Shown: positions 9,480 to 19,799 of the stretch, one piece after another
Layout of the letters: each line of letters starts with the position of its first letter
Position numbering within the stretch: position 1 is the first letter of the stretch
Assembly: GCA_045616625.1 (NCBI GenBank)
Contig: JAZLHA010000012.1
Coordinates: 111,249-175,248, forward strand
DNA length: 64,000 nucleotides
From: Candidatus Enterousia sp.
GTDB lineage: Bacteria; Pseudomonadota; Alphaproteobacteria; Rs-D84
Direction of reading: 5' to 3'
The notes under the pieces: model-generated
Database searches by the model: none
The model's input: the letters and a program-made list of their open reading frames with translations, nothing else
What the model was told of the DNA's origin: nothing
Translations under genes and position numbers: made by a program

Positions 9480-9638
9480 ATGGATACTTTCAACAAAATT
9501 TATCCGTATGGCAATGGATTAAAACCAGAACCAGGTCCAGAACCAATTTTGGGGCCTGGATACTCACCCTATCCTACTAAGCCGGTAATTTTGGGACCAA
9601 ATCCAATTTCAATCCACCAACAACAAAATATCAGATAA
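9480..9638 (+). CDS. possible small Pro/Gly-rich protein (52 aa)
   Basis: Unlisted ORF MDTFNKIYPYGNGLKPEPGPEPILGPGYSPYPTKPVILGPNPISIHQQQNIR in the trxB-serS spacer. No clear RBS. Confidence 0.2.
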   Translation: MDTFNKIYPYGNGLKPEPGPEPILGPGYSPYPTKPVILGPNPISIHQQQNIR

Positions 9639-9660
9639 AAGTAATTATAAGAAGGTCGAA

Positions 9661-10938
9661 ATGTTAGATATAAAATTTATTCGTGAAAATCCAGAAGTCG
9701 TTAAGAATGCATGCAAGGTAAAGGGATTTACTGACTATACAGATAAAATCTTGGAACTAGATACGCGTGTTCGTGAATTAAAAACAATTACCCAAACTAT
9801 GACGGCTGAAAAAAATAAAATTTCCAAGGAAATTCCAACTGCAACCGACAAAGCATCGCTTATTGCACGCAGCAAAGAAATTTCAAATAAAATTGCGGCT
9901 GATATGGATGAATTAACACAGAAAGAAAATGAATTAAACGAACTATTACACATGGTTCCACAAATTCCAGACGCCTCTGCTCCGATTGGTCCAGACGAAG
10001 CCTCTAATATAGAGGTTAAACGTGTCGGAACGCCGCGTCAGTTTGATTTCACACCACGTCCACAATGGGACTTGCTTGAAATGAATGGCTGGTGGGCACC
10101 AGATAAAATTGCACAAATTTGTGGTCAACGCGTATATTGCTTAATTGGCGAAGCCGCTGAATTAGAGTTGGCTGTTCAAACGTATGTTATCCAGAAATTG
10201 ATTAAAAAAGGATTTGTTTTCATTAACTGCCCTTCTATTACAAAGCCACAAACAATATTTAACGCGGGGCATTTTATGGGAACAGATTTATCCGTTATGA
10301 ACAATGATGTATTTATGTTGACTGATACAGATAGATGTTTAGCAGGTACCGCAGAAATCATTTTAAATTCTCTGCATTCAGGCGAAGTTTTAAATGAAAA
10401 AGATTTGCCAATTAAATACGCTGGATTTTCACCATGTTTCCGCAAAGAAGCCGGTGCTGCTGGTCGCGACACCCGCGGAATCGTGCGCATACATCAATTT
10501 AACAAGGTTGAACAATATGTTTATTGCACACCACAGCAAAGTGATGAAATGCACGAACATATTTTGAATAACCTATGCGAATTTATGCAAGACTTTGAAT
10601 TACCATATCGCGTTATTGCAAATTCTACGGGAGATATGGGGTTCAACAAGGTTAAGATGAACGATATAGAGGCTTGGTTCCCATCTGAAAACACATACCG
10701 CGAAGTTGGTTCCTGTTCATCCATCGGTCAATTCCAAGCACGTCGCACCAACACACGTTATCGTGATAAAAACGGCGATATGCAATTCTGTGCAACACTA
10801 AATAACACAGCAATTGCCCTGCCACGTGCATTGGTTCCAATAATTGAAAATCACCAAAATCCAGATGGGTCTGTAAATATACCAAAGGCTCTGCAACCAC
10901 TTATGGGTGGCCGAACCAGGATTGGTGGAAAACATTAA
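9661..10938 (+). CDS. serS: seryl-tRNA synthetase
   Basis: 425-aa ORF with an N-terminal coiled-coil arm and a class II catalytic core (motifs 2 and 3). Confidence 0.9.
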   Translation: MLDIKFIRENPEVVKNACKVKGFTDYTDKILELDTRVRELKTITQTMTAEKNKISKEIPTATDKASLIARSKEISNKIAADMDELTQKENELNELLHMVPQIPDASAPIGPDEASNIEVKRVGTPRQFDFTPRPQWDLLEMNGWWAPDKIAQICGQRVYCLIGEAAELELAVQTYVIQKLIKKGFVFINCPSITKPQTIFNAGHFMGTDLSVMNNDVFMLTDTDRCLAGTAEIILNSLHSGEVLNEKDLPIKYAGFSPCFRKEAGAAGRDTRGIVRIHQFNKVEQYVYCTPQQSDEMHEHILNNLCEFMQDFELPYRVIANSTGDMGFNKVKMNDIEAWFPSENTYREVGSCSSIGQFQARRTNTRYRDKNGDMQFCATLNNTAIALPRALVPIIENHQNPDGSVNIPKALQPLMGGRTRIGGKH

Positions 10939-10963
10939 AAATGCCCGAATGGGCATTTTTTTA
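10937..10963. terminator. rho-independent terminator after serS (bidirectional)
   Basis: aaaaATGCCCgaatGGGCATtttttt hairpin. Confidence 0.6.
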
Positions 10964-10974
10964 TCTTGTTTGTT

Positions 10975-11442
10975 TTAGTGAATCAACGAATGTGCTAAAT
11001 TATAGAATTTCATACGTGTTTCACCAAGAATTTGTTTTATATGATACTTATTCGTTTCCACACAATTTTTACTAGATATTTCATAACACCATGAATAATA
11101 CAATTGTTCCATATCATATTGAATTTTAAATCTTTGTTCATCAGTCTTTGCAAAATAATACTTATTCATTAAATCTAACATATCATAAAACATATTATAT
11201 AAAGTCTGGTCTGAGTCATGTTGAAAACCAGCTTCTGAGATTATAAGATTATTTTTTGCACGATACATAAAATCCACAGATTGTTTCGGATTATGCATCA
11301 TCGTTTTTATTATTTTTATATTTTCTTCTATGTGTCTACTAAAAATAGGTCGATTCAATGCAACCACAGCCAAATAATTTAACACACTATTGAAAAATAG
11401 TAATACAAACTCGTTAATATTATATTTGTTCGGTAATAACAT
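10975..11442 (-). CDS. hypothetical protein (155 aa)
   Basis: ORF with a GGGG-rich RBS (aaaaagggggcattATG). No recognisable motif. Confidence 0.45.
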   Translation of the reverse strand: MLLPNKYNINEFVLLFFNSVLNYLAVVALNRPIFSRHIEENIKIIKTMMHNPKQSVDFMYRAKNNLIISEAGFQHDSDQTLYNMFYDMLDLMNKYYFAKTDEQRFKIQYDMEQLYYSWCYEISSKNCVETNKYHIKQILGETRMKFYNLAHSLIH

Positions 11443-11552
11443 AATGCCCCCTTTTTAGGGCAATTATAAACCATGTTTTACAAATGTCAATTTTTGTCAA
11501 AAAAAATATTATAATTATAAAAACACTAAAAAAAACGGCAAATGTCGGTTTT

Positions 11553-12098
11553 TTATTTTCCGTTACTATTTTTATATAAATCAACCGCATATACAGAAGC
11601 CGGCGCAAAATCTTTAAATGTTGCAACCAAAGCATTTGCGTTCCATAATTGCACCACTTTATTCATCTCTAAAATGCTTTTTGCTTCTAAATCGTAATCA
11701 CCGGAATTACCATAATAAACCCAAACACCATTATTATCATTACGTCCAAATTTTACATGGTAAGCGATTGCTTCACTTAATCTAATCAATAAATTATTAC
11801 CTGTTTTATCAAACGGCATACTCAAAATCGGTGATAATTTATTGTATAAATCACCAGGCGCATAAATCAAATCTTCACCAGAATACAGATATTCTTTAGG
11901 GTTCTTTGCAATTTTTTTCAATAATTCATTTGCACGCTTATCCTGGGTATGCTCTTGGACCGCCTTAGTACGATCTTGTTGCATCACAAACCTAGCCTTT
12001 TGAATCTCTTTTGCTTTTTTATTAATAATGACTTCACACCATTGTGCATAAGCATTTAACAATTTTTGTATTGTTTCATCTATATTTTTAGGTGACAT
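11553..12098 (-). CDS. hypothetical protein (181 aa)
   Basis: ORF upstream of the 155-aa gene on the same strand. No recognisable motif. Confidence 0.45.
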   Translation of the reverse strand: MSPKNIDETIQKLLNAYAQWCEVIINKKAKEIQKARFVMQQDRTKAVQEHTQDKRANELLKKIAKNPKEYLYSGEDLIYAPGDLYNKLSPILSMPFDKTGNNLLIRLSEAIAYHVKFGRNDNNGVWVYYGNSGDYDLEAKSILEMNKVVQLWNANALVATFKDFAPASVYAVDLYKNSNGK

Positions 12099-12169
12099 TT
12101 TAACCCCCTTGTCTTATTCTTTTAATTTTAGCACAAATATCGCTAAATTCAATAAATCTATATATATTG

Positions 12170-12195
12170 TTGAAAAGCCAAAAATATGGTATAAT
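12170..12195 (+). promoter_or_regulatory. putative sigma70 promoter for typA (TTGAAA ... TGgTATAAT extended -10)
   Basis: TTGAAA at 12170-12175; TGG-TATAAT at 12187-12195. The spacer is only 14 nt, but there is an extended -10. It lies 34 nt upstream of the typA ATG. Confidence 0.35.
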
Positions 12196-12228
12196 ATATG
12201 GGATTGCTGAAAAAAATAGGTATAAATA

Positions 12229-14076
12229 ATGAAAATTCGTAATATTGCTATTATTGCACACGTTGACCACGGGAAAACTACTTTGGTTGACAATATGTTA
12301 AAACAATCTGGAACTTTTCGTGAAAACGAAAAGGTTGAAGACCGTGTCATGGATAGCGGAGATATTGAACGCGAACGCGGAATTACTATTTCTGCAAAGC
12401 CAACATCTGTTCAATGGGGCGAATATAAAATCAATATCGTTGATACACCAGGGCACGCTGACTTTGGTGGCGAAGTAGAACGTATTTTATCCATGGTTGA
12501 TGGGGTTGTTTTATTGGTAGATAGTGCCGAAGGCCCCCTGCCACAAACCAAGTTTGTATTGTCCAAGGCGTTAAAATTAGGTCTGCGCCCTATTGTATGT
12601 ATAAACAAAATTGATCGCGGTGACGCCCGCCCAGATGAAGTATTGACTGAAACATTTGATTTGTTTGATAAACTGGGCGCGACCGATTCTCAACTTGATT
12701 TTCCATATCTATATTCATGCGGTCGCGATGGTTGGGCGATTCGTGATTTGGCAGATATGAATAACGAGCATAAGGATTTAACCCCCCTATTCCAGTTGAT
12801 TGTTGACCATGTGCCTGCACCTGATTGTAATGGCGACCGCTGTCAGCTGGATGCCCCATTTAAAATGTTGGCCACAACGTTAGAGGCTGACCCATACGTT
12901 GGTCGTATTTTAACTGGTAAAATTGAATCAGGAACGGTTAAGGTTGGACAAAGCGTAAAAGCAATAAATATGAATGGTGAATTTATTGAAAACGCAAAAA
13001 TCACAAAAATTATTGAACACCAAGGTGTTCAAAAGATTTCCCGCGATAGTGCATCCGCGGGTGACATTGTCGTTGTTGCTGGATTTTCCAAGGCAACTGT
13101 GTCTGATACATTGTGCGACCCATCTGTAACGAATCCAATTCCCGCAATGCCAATTGATCCCCCAACATTAACAATGACATTTTTTGTAAACACTTCTCCA
13201 TTGGCGGGTAAATCTGGCAAAAAGTTAACATCACGTATGATTGGTGAAAGATTATTCAAAGAAGCTGAAACAAATATCGCCTTGCGCGTTAGCCAAAGCG
13301 ATAATAACGAAGCATTTGAAGTATCAGGTCGTGGCGAATTGCAACTTGGTATTTTAATTGAAACAATGCGCCGTGAAGGATTTGAATTATCTGTATCACG
13401 TCCACGCGTTGTTATGCAGATTGATAAAAACGGTCAAAAACTTGAACCTATCGAAGAAGTAGTTATTGACGTTGACGATGAATTCAGCGGCACAGTTATT
13501 GAAAAAATGACCAAGCGCAAGGCACTGATTACCGAAATGAAAGCATCTGGCGCCGGAAAAACACGAATTGTATTTTCTGCACCATCACGCGGTCTGATTG
13601 GTTATCTATCTGAATTCAGAACCGACACACGTGGCACCGGAATTATGAACCGTGTATTTGATAAATATGATGAATATCGTGGCCCAATTGATTGGTATCG
13701 CCCGGGTGTTTTGGTTTCGATGGAGGCTGGACAAACCGCAACATACGCCCTGCACAATTTGGAACCACGCGGAACATTATTCGTTGGTCCTCAAACAGAG
13801 GTTTATTCCGGTATGATTATCGGTGAACATAGCAAGGAAAATGATATAGAGGTTAATCCAGTTCGCGGAAAACAATTAACCAATGTTCGATCGGTTACCG
13901 CCGATGAAAAATTGTTCCTGGCACCACCACGTAAGATATCACTCGAAGAAGCATTGTCTTATATCCAAGATGATGAATTAGTAGAGGTGACACCGGCAAC
14001 AATTCGTCTGCGCAAAAAAGAACTGGATAGCGGCAAACGCAAAAAAGCGTACCGCTTTGCCGAAAGTTACGATTAA
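12229..14076 (+). CDS. typA: translational GTPase TypA/BipA
   Basis: 615-aa ORF with G1 AHVDHGKTT, DTPGHADF and EF-G-like domains. Confidence 0.9.
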   Translation: MKIRNIAIIAHVDHGKTTLVDNMLKQSGTFRENEKVEDRVMDSGDIERERGITISAKPTSVQWGEYKINIVDTPGHADFGGEVERILSMVDGVVLLVDSAEGPLPQTKFVLSKALKLGLRPIVCINKIDRGDARPDEVLTETFDLFDKLGATDSQLDFPYLYSCGRDGWAIRDLADMNNEHKDLTPLFQLIVDHVPAPDCNGDRCQLDAPFKMLATTLEADPYVGRILTGKIESGTVKVGQSVKAINMNGEFIENAKITKIIEHQGVQKISRDSASAGDIVVVAGFSKATVSDTLCDPSVTNPIPAMPIDPPTLTMTFFVNTSPLAGKSGKKLTSRMIGERLFKEAETNIALRVSQSDNNEAFEVSGRGELQLGILIETMRREGFELSVSRPRVVMQIDKNGQKLEPIEEVVIDVDDEFSGTVIEKMTKRKALITEMKASGAGKTRIVFSAPSRGLIGYLSEFRTDTRGTGIMNRVFDKYDEYRGPIDWYRPGVLVSMEAGQTATYALHNLEPRGTLFVGPQTEVYSGMIIGEHSKENDIEVNPVRGKQLTNVRSVTADEKLFLAPPRKISLEEALSYIQDDELVEVTPATIRLRKKELDSGKRKKAYRFAESYD

Positions 14077-14091
14077 ACAAAATATTGTATA

Positions 14092-14125
14092 AAAAAGTGC
14101 CATTTGAAATGGCACTTTTATTTTA
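14092..14125. terminator. bidirectional rho-independent terminator (typA, and the convergent OMP gene)
   Basis: aaaaAGTGCCATTTgaaATGGCACTtttatttt hairpin. Confidence 0.65.
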
Positions 14126-14140
14126 ATCGGAATCACATTA

Positions 14141-15157
14141 TTAGAATACATAATGTGTTCTGAACATTCCACCGATTCCCTTGCGGACACCTGTATATCC
14201 CTGGATAGAACCATCAAATGACCAACTAGATTCTGACATATGTGCATCGGATATACCGGCTTCAAATATACCAGTATTACCACGAACACCAGGTGCAGGA
14301 ATACCAAACGACTCTTCTTCAAAAGTAGCGGTGGCATTAGCAAAAGAGCCATATTCGTGTTCCCACGCCATACCAATATAAGGTCTGATATTTTGTAGGA
14401 TTCTTAAATCGAAACGACCACCAAAACGTGTTCTGTGTGAATTTGTATTTGCAAATTTCAAATCACCATCAAAAACATCATCGCCTGTTTGATGGTTGTA
14501 ATAATATTTACCATACAAATCATATCCAACAACACCAGCGATATCAGATTCATAACCAACAGCAATATGGCTTCCGACATAAATACCACCAGATTTATAA
14601 TTAACATCTTCACCTAAGTTATCCATATGATCATACCATTCGTTATGTGAATAACCAATACGTGCAGAAGCCTCTGCATAAATACAATTGATGCAGTAAT
14701 CGTTATAACGCACCAATACACCACCACCATAATATTCTATATTACCGGCACCCTTTACTTCACCAATACCATTATCAAATTCTGAAACAGGATTTGTTGT
14801 ATGATAGTGACTATAACCACCCTCAGCAAATCCACCAAGAACAATATTATGTCCCAATCTGGTTGCACCACCAACCATAGCAGAATTACCAAAAGTATTT
14901 ATATGTGAACCAGTTTCATAAACTGAATAACCCGTAGATGCCGCAGCAAATACACCAGTCCCATTGGTTGAATGTGCAACATCAATTGCATTTCGCATTC
15001 CAACGGTCGAAACCAAATCAGCACCCTGGTTTAACAATGTCATTGTTGCAACCTGGCTTTCTGGTAAAAATTTAAAGTTACTTGCAAATTCATCAGCGAA
15101 CACTGATGTTGATACCATTCCAACCAAAGCGATTGGCAAAATTGATGTTATTTTCAT
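14141..15157 (-). CDS. outer-membrane beta-barrel protein (signal peptide, C-terminal aromatic residue)
   Basis: 338-aa ORF: N-terminal signal peptide, alternating Gly/aromatic beta-strand pattern, ends ...THYVF. Confidence 0.6.
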   Translation of the reverse strand: MKITSILPIALVGMVSTSVFADEFASNFKFLPESQVATMTLLNQGADLVSTVGMRNAIDVAHSTNGTGVFAAASTGYSVYETGSHINTFGNSAMVGGATRLGHNIVLGGFAEGGYSHYHTTNPVSEFDNGIGEVKGAGNIEYYGGGVLVRYNDYCINCIYAEASARIGYSHNEWYDHMDNLGEDVNYKSGGIYVGSHIAVGYESDIAGVVGYDLYGKYYYNHQTGDDVFDGDLKFANTNSHRTRFGGRFDLRILQNIRPYIGMAWEHEYGSFANATATFEEESFGIPAPGVRGNTGIFEAGISDAHMSESSWSFDGSIQGYTGVRKGIGGMFRTHYVF

Positions 15158-15355
15158 TTTAATCTCCTTAAATTTTTATTAAACAGCATGGATTATATAG
15201 AAAAATTATACACAATACAACCCTTTTTTTCCTATTTTTCAACAAGACCATAATTCCGTTTTAAGAAAAAAATCCCAAAAAAACTTGCTTGTGATTAATT
15301 TTTAATTTATAATTAAAGCAACACGAAAGAAATCGTGTAAATATAGGAGAAAAAC

Positions 15356-16018
15356 ATGAAAAAAATTCTACTTACTTCTTTGGTTGCAACTTTGGCTGTT
15401 AGTGCGGCAAACGCTATGACTGTATCACCATACGTTGGTGCACACATGTCATATAACAACTCTGAAATAGAAACAACTTACAAAATCACTGGTATAAAAC
15501 AGGGAACAGAAACGACAAAGTTTTCTGGTAATTTGGGTTATGGTGCTGCAATTGGTGCTAAATTTGATTTTGGTTGCATGGTATCTGCACGTGCCGAAGC
15601 AGAATTCAGCAGAACACAACTTAAAATGGACGAAAAAACAAAAGATGCAAATGGTGTACTAGTAGAAGAAAAATGGGTTAATAATGGCGACATGAAAGTT
15701 GCTGACAATGTTGCATTATTTAATGTATATGGCGACTTTGATACAAATACAGCATTTACACCATATATCTCTGCCGGTATTGGTTACCATTGGGCAAAAA
15801 TGTCAGAAGGCGATGACAAAGGCGATGTTCATGATATGGCATGGCAATTGGGTGCCGGTATATCATATGCTGCAAACGAACACGTTTCTTTGGATTTAGG
15901 CTATAGATACCTAAGAGCCGATTGGAGCGAAGATAAAACAGAAGCTGGTGTAAAAGAAGAATGGGATACAGACTTTGCTACACACCAAGTTCGTTTTGGC
16001 GCAAAATACACATTCTAA
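15356..16018 (+). CDS. small outer-membrane beta-barrel protein (OmpA/OmpW-like)
   Basis: 220-aa ORF: signal peptide ending ANA, amphipathic beta strands, C-terminal ...KYTF. Confidence 0.6.
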   Translation: MKKILLTSLVATLAVSAANAMTVSPYVGAHMSYNNSEIETTYKITGIKQGTETTKFSGNLGYGAAIGAKFDFGCMVSARAEAEFSRTQLKMDEKTKDANGVLVEEKWVNNGDMKVADNVALFNVYGDFDTNTAFTPYISAGIGYHWAKMSEGDDKGDVHDMAWQLGAGISYAANEHVSLDLGYRYLRADWSEDKTEAGVKEEWDTDFATHQVRFGAKYTF

Positions 16019-16035
16019 ATTCATTTAGAGCAACA

Positions 16036-16066
16036 AAAAACACTGGCATTTGCCAGTGTTTTTATT
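16036..16066. terminator. bidirectional rho-independent terminator
   Basis: aaaaaCACTGGCAtttGCCAGTGtttttatt hairpin. Confidence 0.6.
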
Positions 16067-16075
16067 GTGTTTATA

Positions 16076-16861
16076 TTATACATCCACACAACTGTTTGTT
16101 TTTTTCCACCAATAGCCGCGAAGATAATTTTTTAATTTTTGTTTTATCTTTTTATTAAAAAACATCATAGGACAAACAACTTTTGATACCCCCCATGACA
16201 AATTATGTAATATCAAATCCCCCAAACCCATACTAATATGATAACGTTTAAAAACCCTATTTATTAATGCAACATTTCCCTTAGTAATATATTTACCATG
16301 TGTATGTAATCTATATTTAACTATATTTGGTGCTAAATTATATTTTAAAATTCGTCTTTGATTTTCCTTATGTTCAATAATAACAAAATCTATTTGTTTT
16401 TTCATTTTAGAACAAAACTTATTACATAATTCAACAATCAAACCATCAGGGGTATCATCATCATGTGACAACCAAACCAATAAAATCCTATCCTTTTCCC
16501 TAATATTTTTATAAAATCTAGCTATACGTCTTTCATATTTTTCTTTTACCAATGGAAAAGTCTTTTTAAAGTCACAACCAATTGGAAAGTCATGATAAAA
16601 ATAGAAATGTGTTTTTACATTTTCGTAATAATCACAAGACGTATCATTTGATACATTTGGATTTTTGGGTAAAAAACGAAAATCCTTTATATTCATAAAA
16701 CCATCAAAATCATTTAACAAACAATCAAACCGATCCTCAAACGAGGCATTTGTTAACCAATCCACAGGTCCAGAGGTTAAACGCAAACCATGCTCTTTTA
16801 AATAAATACTGCACGCGCAATCATGGCCTATTGAATAAATAATATCATATCTGTAATGCAT
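16076..16861 (-). CDS. DUF1796-family protein (putative papain-like Cys peptidase fold), paralog A
   Basis: YDIIYSIGHDCACS...GPVDW N-terminal signature. Shared with the ORFs at 18819-19583 and 22892-23665. Confidence 0.5.
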   Translation of the reverse strand: MHYRYDIIYSIGHDCACSIYLKEHGLRLTSGPVDWLTNASFEDRFDCLLNDFDGFMNIKDFRFLPKNPNVSNDTSCDYYENVKTHFYFYHDFPIGCDFKKTFPLVKEKYERRIARFYKNIREKDRILLVWLSHDDDTPDGLIVELCNKFCSKMKKQIDFVIIEHKENQRRILKYNLAPNIVKYRLHTHGKYITKGNVALINRVFKRYHISMGLGDLILHNLSWGVSKVVCPMMFFNKKIKQKLKNYLRGYWWKKTNSCVDV

Positions 16862-16966
16862 AATGCTATGACTATATCAAAAAGCATACAATTTACAAGG
16901 TTATATTTACCATTTGCAAAATGCATTTTGTTATATAATACTTATGTTGTTAATTGAGGTGTTGTT

Positions 16967-17887
16967 ATGAACTATAAATTAAGAATATTTTTTGGAAACG
17001 TTTTAGCATCTTGCAGGCTAACGAAAACTCAACGTCGTCGCGTACGCGATAAAATATTATTCAAGAATTTTATTAAAACAACAAACAACGACTTGTTAGC
17101 CAAACCATCCATTACAACTTCATCTGAAACAATCAATGTCGCCTTTTGTTTTGACAAACGTGGTGCCAACTTAGCAGCGGTTGCGATTACATCATTATTA
17201 AATGTTTCGCAGAACAAATGTCATTATGATATTTATTGTGTTGTTCCAAAAGATTTAGACAACGAAACAAAAAAAACTGTATCGTCATTAACCAAGGGCA
17301 CAAAATCAAAAATTATATTTTTAGCCGCTAACAATGATTTTGATAAATCATATTTGCACCATTGGCCTATATCAATTTATTACAGAACAATGTTACCGAA
17401 ACTATTACCAAACATAGATAAAATAATCTATGCAGATATTGATGTTATATTCTGTAATAATTTAATTGAGGCATACAATATTGATATGGGCAATAATTAT
17501 ATTTCTGGGGTCAAGGCACATAATGACACATATATCAATTCTGGGTTCTTGATTATGAATTTGAAACAAATTCGTAAAGATAAAATATATACAAAATGGA
17601 TTAAAGAATCACAAATAAATAAATACCTAAACCCAGATCAAGATTTATTAAATTATACTTGTAACGGGCATATATTATACCTGCCATTGAAATATAATTT
17701 TCAACCAATGGACGGAACACATATATTCAAATATCACACAGATGTTGAAATATCAGATATACAACATCATTTAGTTGTATTACATTTTTCAAATTGGATG
17801 AAGCCGTGGCACAAAAAAGAAAACAGACCAATATTTTCAGAACTGTGGTGGCAATACGCAGATAAAACGGGATTATTTATAAAATAA
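16967..17887 (+). CDS. glycosyltransferase family 8 (LPS alpha-1,2/1,3 glycosyltransferase-like)
   Basis: NVAFCFDKRGANL...YADIDVIF (DxD)...NSGFLIMNL...LNYTCNG, typical of GT8. Confidence 0.7.
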   Translation: MNYKLRIFFGNVLASCRLTKTQRRRVRDKILFKNFIKTTNNDLLAKPSITTSSETINVAFCFDKRGANLAAVAITSLLNVSQNKCHYDIYCVVPKDLDNETKKTVSSLTKGTKSKIIFLAANNDFDKSYLHHWPISIYYRTMLPKLLPNIDKIIYADIDVIFCNNLIEAYNIDMGNNYISGVKAHNDTYINSGFLIMNLKQIRKDKIYTKWIKESQINKYLNPDQDLLNYTCNGHILYLPLKYNFQPMDGTHIFKYHTDVEISDIQHHLVVLHFSNWMKPWHKKENRPIFSELWWQYADKTGLFIK

Positions 17888-18607
17888 CCCATCATAGTAT
17901 TTTTTTACCAACTGCATAAATTCATCAAATACTGGTACCTCTGGAAATCGGCGACCAAGATTAAATTGTTGAAAATTGATTTCTTCCAAATCTATAATTC
18001 CATTTATGTGAAACGTCTTTTCATCTATCAAAAAATTTTCAAATAAATCTATATGATACCACCCTAACATGTAATCAGTTTTTTGTTTTGGGTTTTGTTT
18101 ATATTTGCGAATATCCGCAGGATCAACACTGGATATACTATAAATAAATTTTGCCAATTCAGGAACCAGAATATCACGTGCATTATTATATATACCACAC
18201 TTAACAAGTTGGCTAAAACTAATCCCAGACACAAAATTATATCGACGCGCGATACCATGTGCATATTTTATTATTTTTGGAACAAGAATTGGAATTGGAG
18301 ATACTTTGGCCAATTCAGATGTAATCTCATATTCACGTTTTTCAATTGAATCATCAAAATCATCAATAGCCACGCGAAACTTATAAACATATCTGTTACT
18401 AACATTTATAACTAAATTTTTTCCACGCGACCCAATAGTTATTTTTAACCGAGGGTGATTTATTCCACAATCATTTTTAATAAAACGGTAAATAGATATG
18501 AAATTAGTATTTAATACAACACGTATTTTACGGCGACGTTGTTCCCCAGGAACAACACCACACAACAAATTTACCATAAAACGTCTAAACTTATGTTTAC
18601 CTGTCAT
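17873..18607 (-). CDS. LicA-like phosphotransferase (choline/sugar kinase, APH fold)
   Basis: Brenner-type motif HIDLFENFLID plus a downstream DLEE. Located inside the glycosyltransferase island with a decayed licD nearby. Confidence 0.5.
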   Translation of the reverse strand: MTGKHKFRRFMVNLLCGVVPGEQRRRKIRVVLNTNFISIYRFIKNDCGINHPRLKITIGSRGKNLVINVSNRYVYKFRVAIDDFDDSIEKREYEITSELAKVSPIPILVPKIIKYAHGIARRYNFVSGISFSQLVKCGIYNNARDILVPELAKFIYSISSVDPADIRKYKQNPKQKTDYMLGWYHIDLFENFLIDEKTFHINGIIDLEEINFQQFNLGRRFPEVPVFDEFMQLVKKYYDGLFYK

Positions 18608-18622
18608 TGCCCTATTTCGCTT
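18406..18622. repeat. direct repeat copy 1 (about 215 bp, about 93 percent identical to 19603-19813)
   Basis: Alignment by eye of ttccacgcgacccaatagttatttttaaccgagggtgatttattccacaatc... with the second copy. Confidence 0.7.
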
Positions 18623-18818
18623 TTATTATATACAATTATTATACCCAGAACAAATTTCTAAATCCAGAATAAAACTTACAGCAATATACAGTGGCAACTA
18701 TATCTAATTCTCTGGTCTATTTCTATTCTTCCTTTATCGTAATATCATTTTGTATTAAATCATGTAATTTTTTATTATCCAATTTATGCATAAAACACAG
18801 GTATTTTTTAGAAAACAT

Positions 18819-19583
18819 TTATATTCTGCGCAATTTTACTTTTAACTTTATTTTCCAATCTTTATTAAAAAATAATAACGGACAAATTATTTTAGATATT
18901 GCCAACTTTATACTATGTGAAATACCCTTCCAATATGGACGAGCGATTTGATATTGACGATAAAACTTTGTTAACAAAGGTGCATTTCCACGAACAACAT
19001 AATCACCACGGACATGAAAATTATATCTGGATATATTTGGTGCAATTTTCCGTTCAATAAATTCTTTTTCATTTTCAGCATGTTCAATTATCACAAAATC
19101 TATATCATCACGATTCATTTTTTTACAGAATTTTGTACATAAATCTTTTACAACGTTATCTGGTGTATTATGTTCCAGAGACAACCAAATTAACAAAATA
19201 CGTTTTTTTGTTTTGATGTTTTCATAAAAACGTTTTATACGACGTTCATACTTTTCACGAACAATTGAAAATTGTTTTTCAAAATCACAACCAATTGGAA
19301 AATCATGAATAAAATAAAAATGTGTTTTGGTGTTTTCATAATAATCGCATTTAATATCGGTATCTCCGGGTTTCTTTGGTAAAAACCTGAAATATTTTAT
19401 ATTCATAAAATCTGTGAAACCATTTAACAAACAATCGAATCTTTGTTCAAAAGTCGCATTTCCAACCCAATCAAAGGGTCCCGCAACAACACGCAAAGAA
19501 TTATCACGCAAAAACAAACCGCACCCACAGTTATATCCCAACGAATAAATAATATCATACTTCTTTTTCATTTTTTTACCCAT
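18819..19583 (-). CDS. DUF1796-family protein, paralog B
   Basis: YDIIYSLGYNCGCG...GPFDW. Closest to paralog A, with long identical stretches (KTHFYF.HDFPIGCDF.K). Confidence 0.5.
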   Translation of the reverse strand: MGKKMKKKYDIIYSLGYNCGCGLFLRDNSLRVVAGPFDWVGNATFEQRFDCLLNGFTDFMNIKYFRFLPKKPGDTDIKCDYYENTKTHFYFIHDFPIGCDFEKQFSIVREKYERRIKRFYENIKTKKRILLIWLSLEHNTPDNVVKDLCTKFCKKMNRDDIDFVIIEHAENEKEFIERKIAPNISRYNFHVRGDYVVRGNAPLLTKFYRQYQIARPYWKGISHSIKLAISKIICPLLFFNKDWKIKLKVKLRRI

Positions 19584-19592
19584 AATTTATTA

Positions 19593-19799
19593 CTAATATT
19601 CACAACTAAATTTCCCACGCGACCCGATAGTTATTTTTAACCGAGGGTGATTTATTCCACAATCATTTTTAATAAAACGGTAAATAGATATAAAATTAGT
19701 ATTTAACACGACACGTATTTTACGGCGACGTTGTTCCCCAGGAACAACGCCACACAATAAATTTACCATAAAACGTCTAAAATTATGTTTACCAGTCAT
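19593..19799 (-). pseudogene. 5' fragment (68 codons) of the LicA-like kinase gene, created by segmental duplication
   Basis: The first 62 aa are near-identical to the N-terminus of the 17873-18607 product, then the frame ends. Confidence 0.5.

Noticed and set aside
12114-12350. Minus ORF 12114-12350 overlapping the typA promoter and start
   Set aside because: It overlaps the typA 5' end antisense and the putative promoter, with no RBS; spurious.
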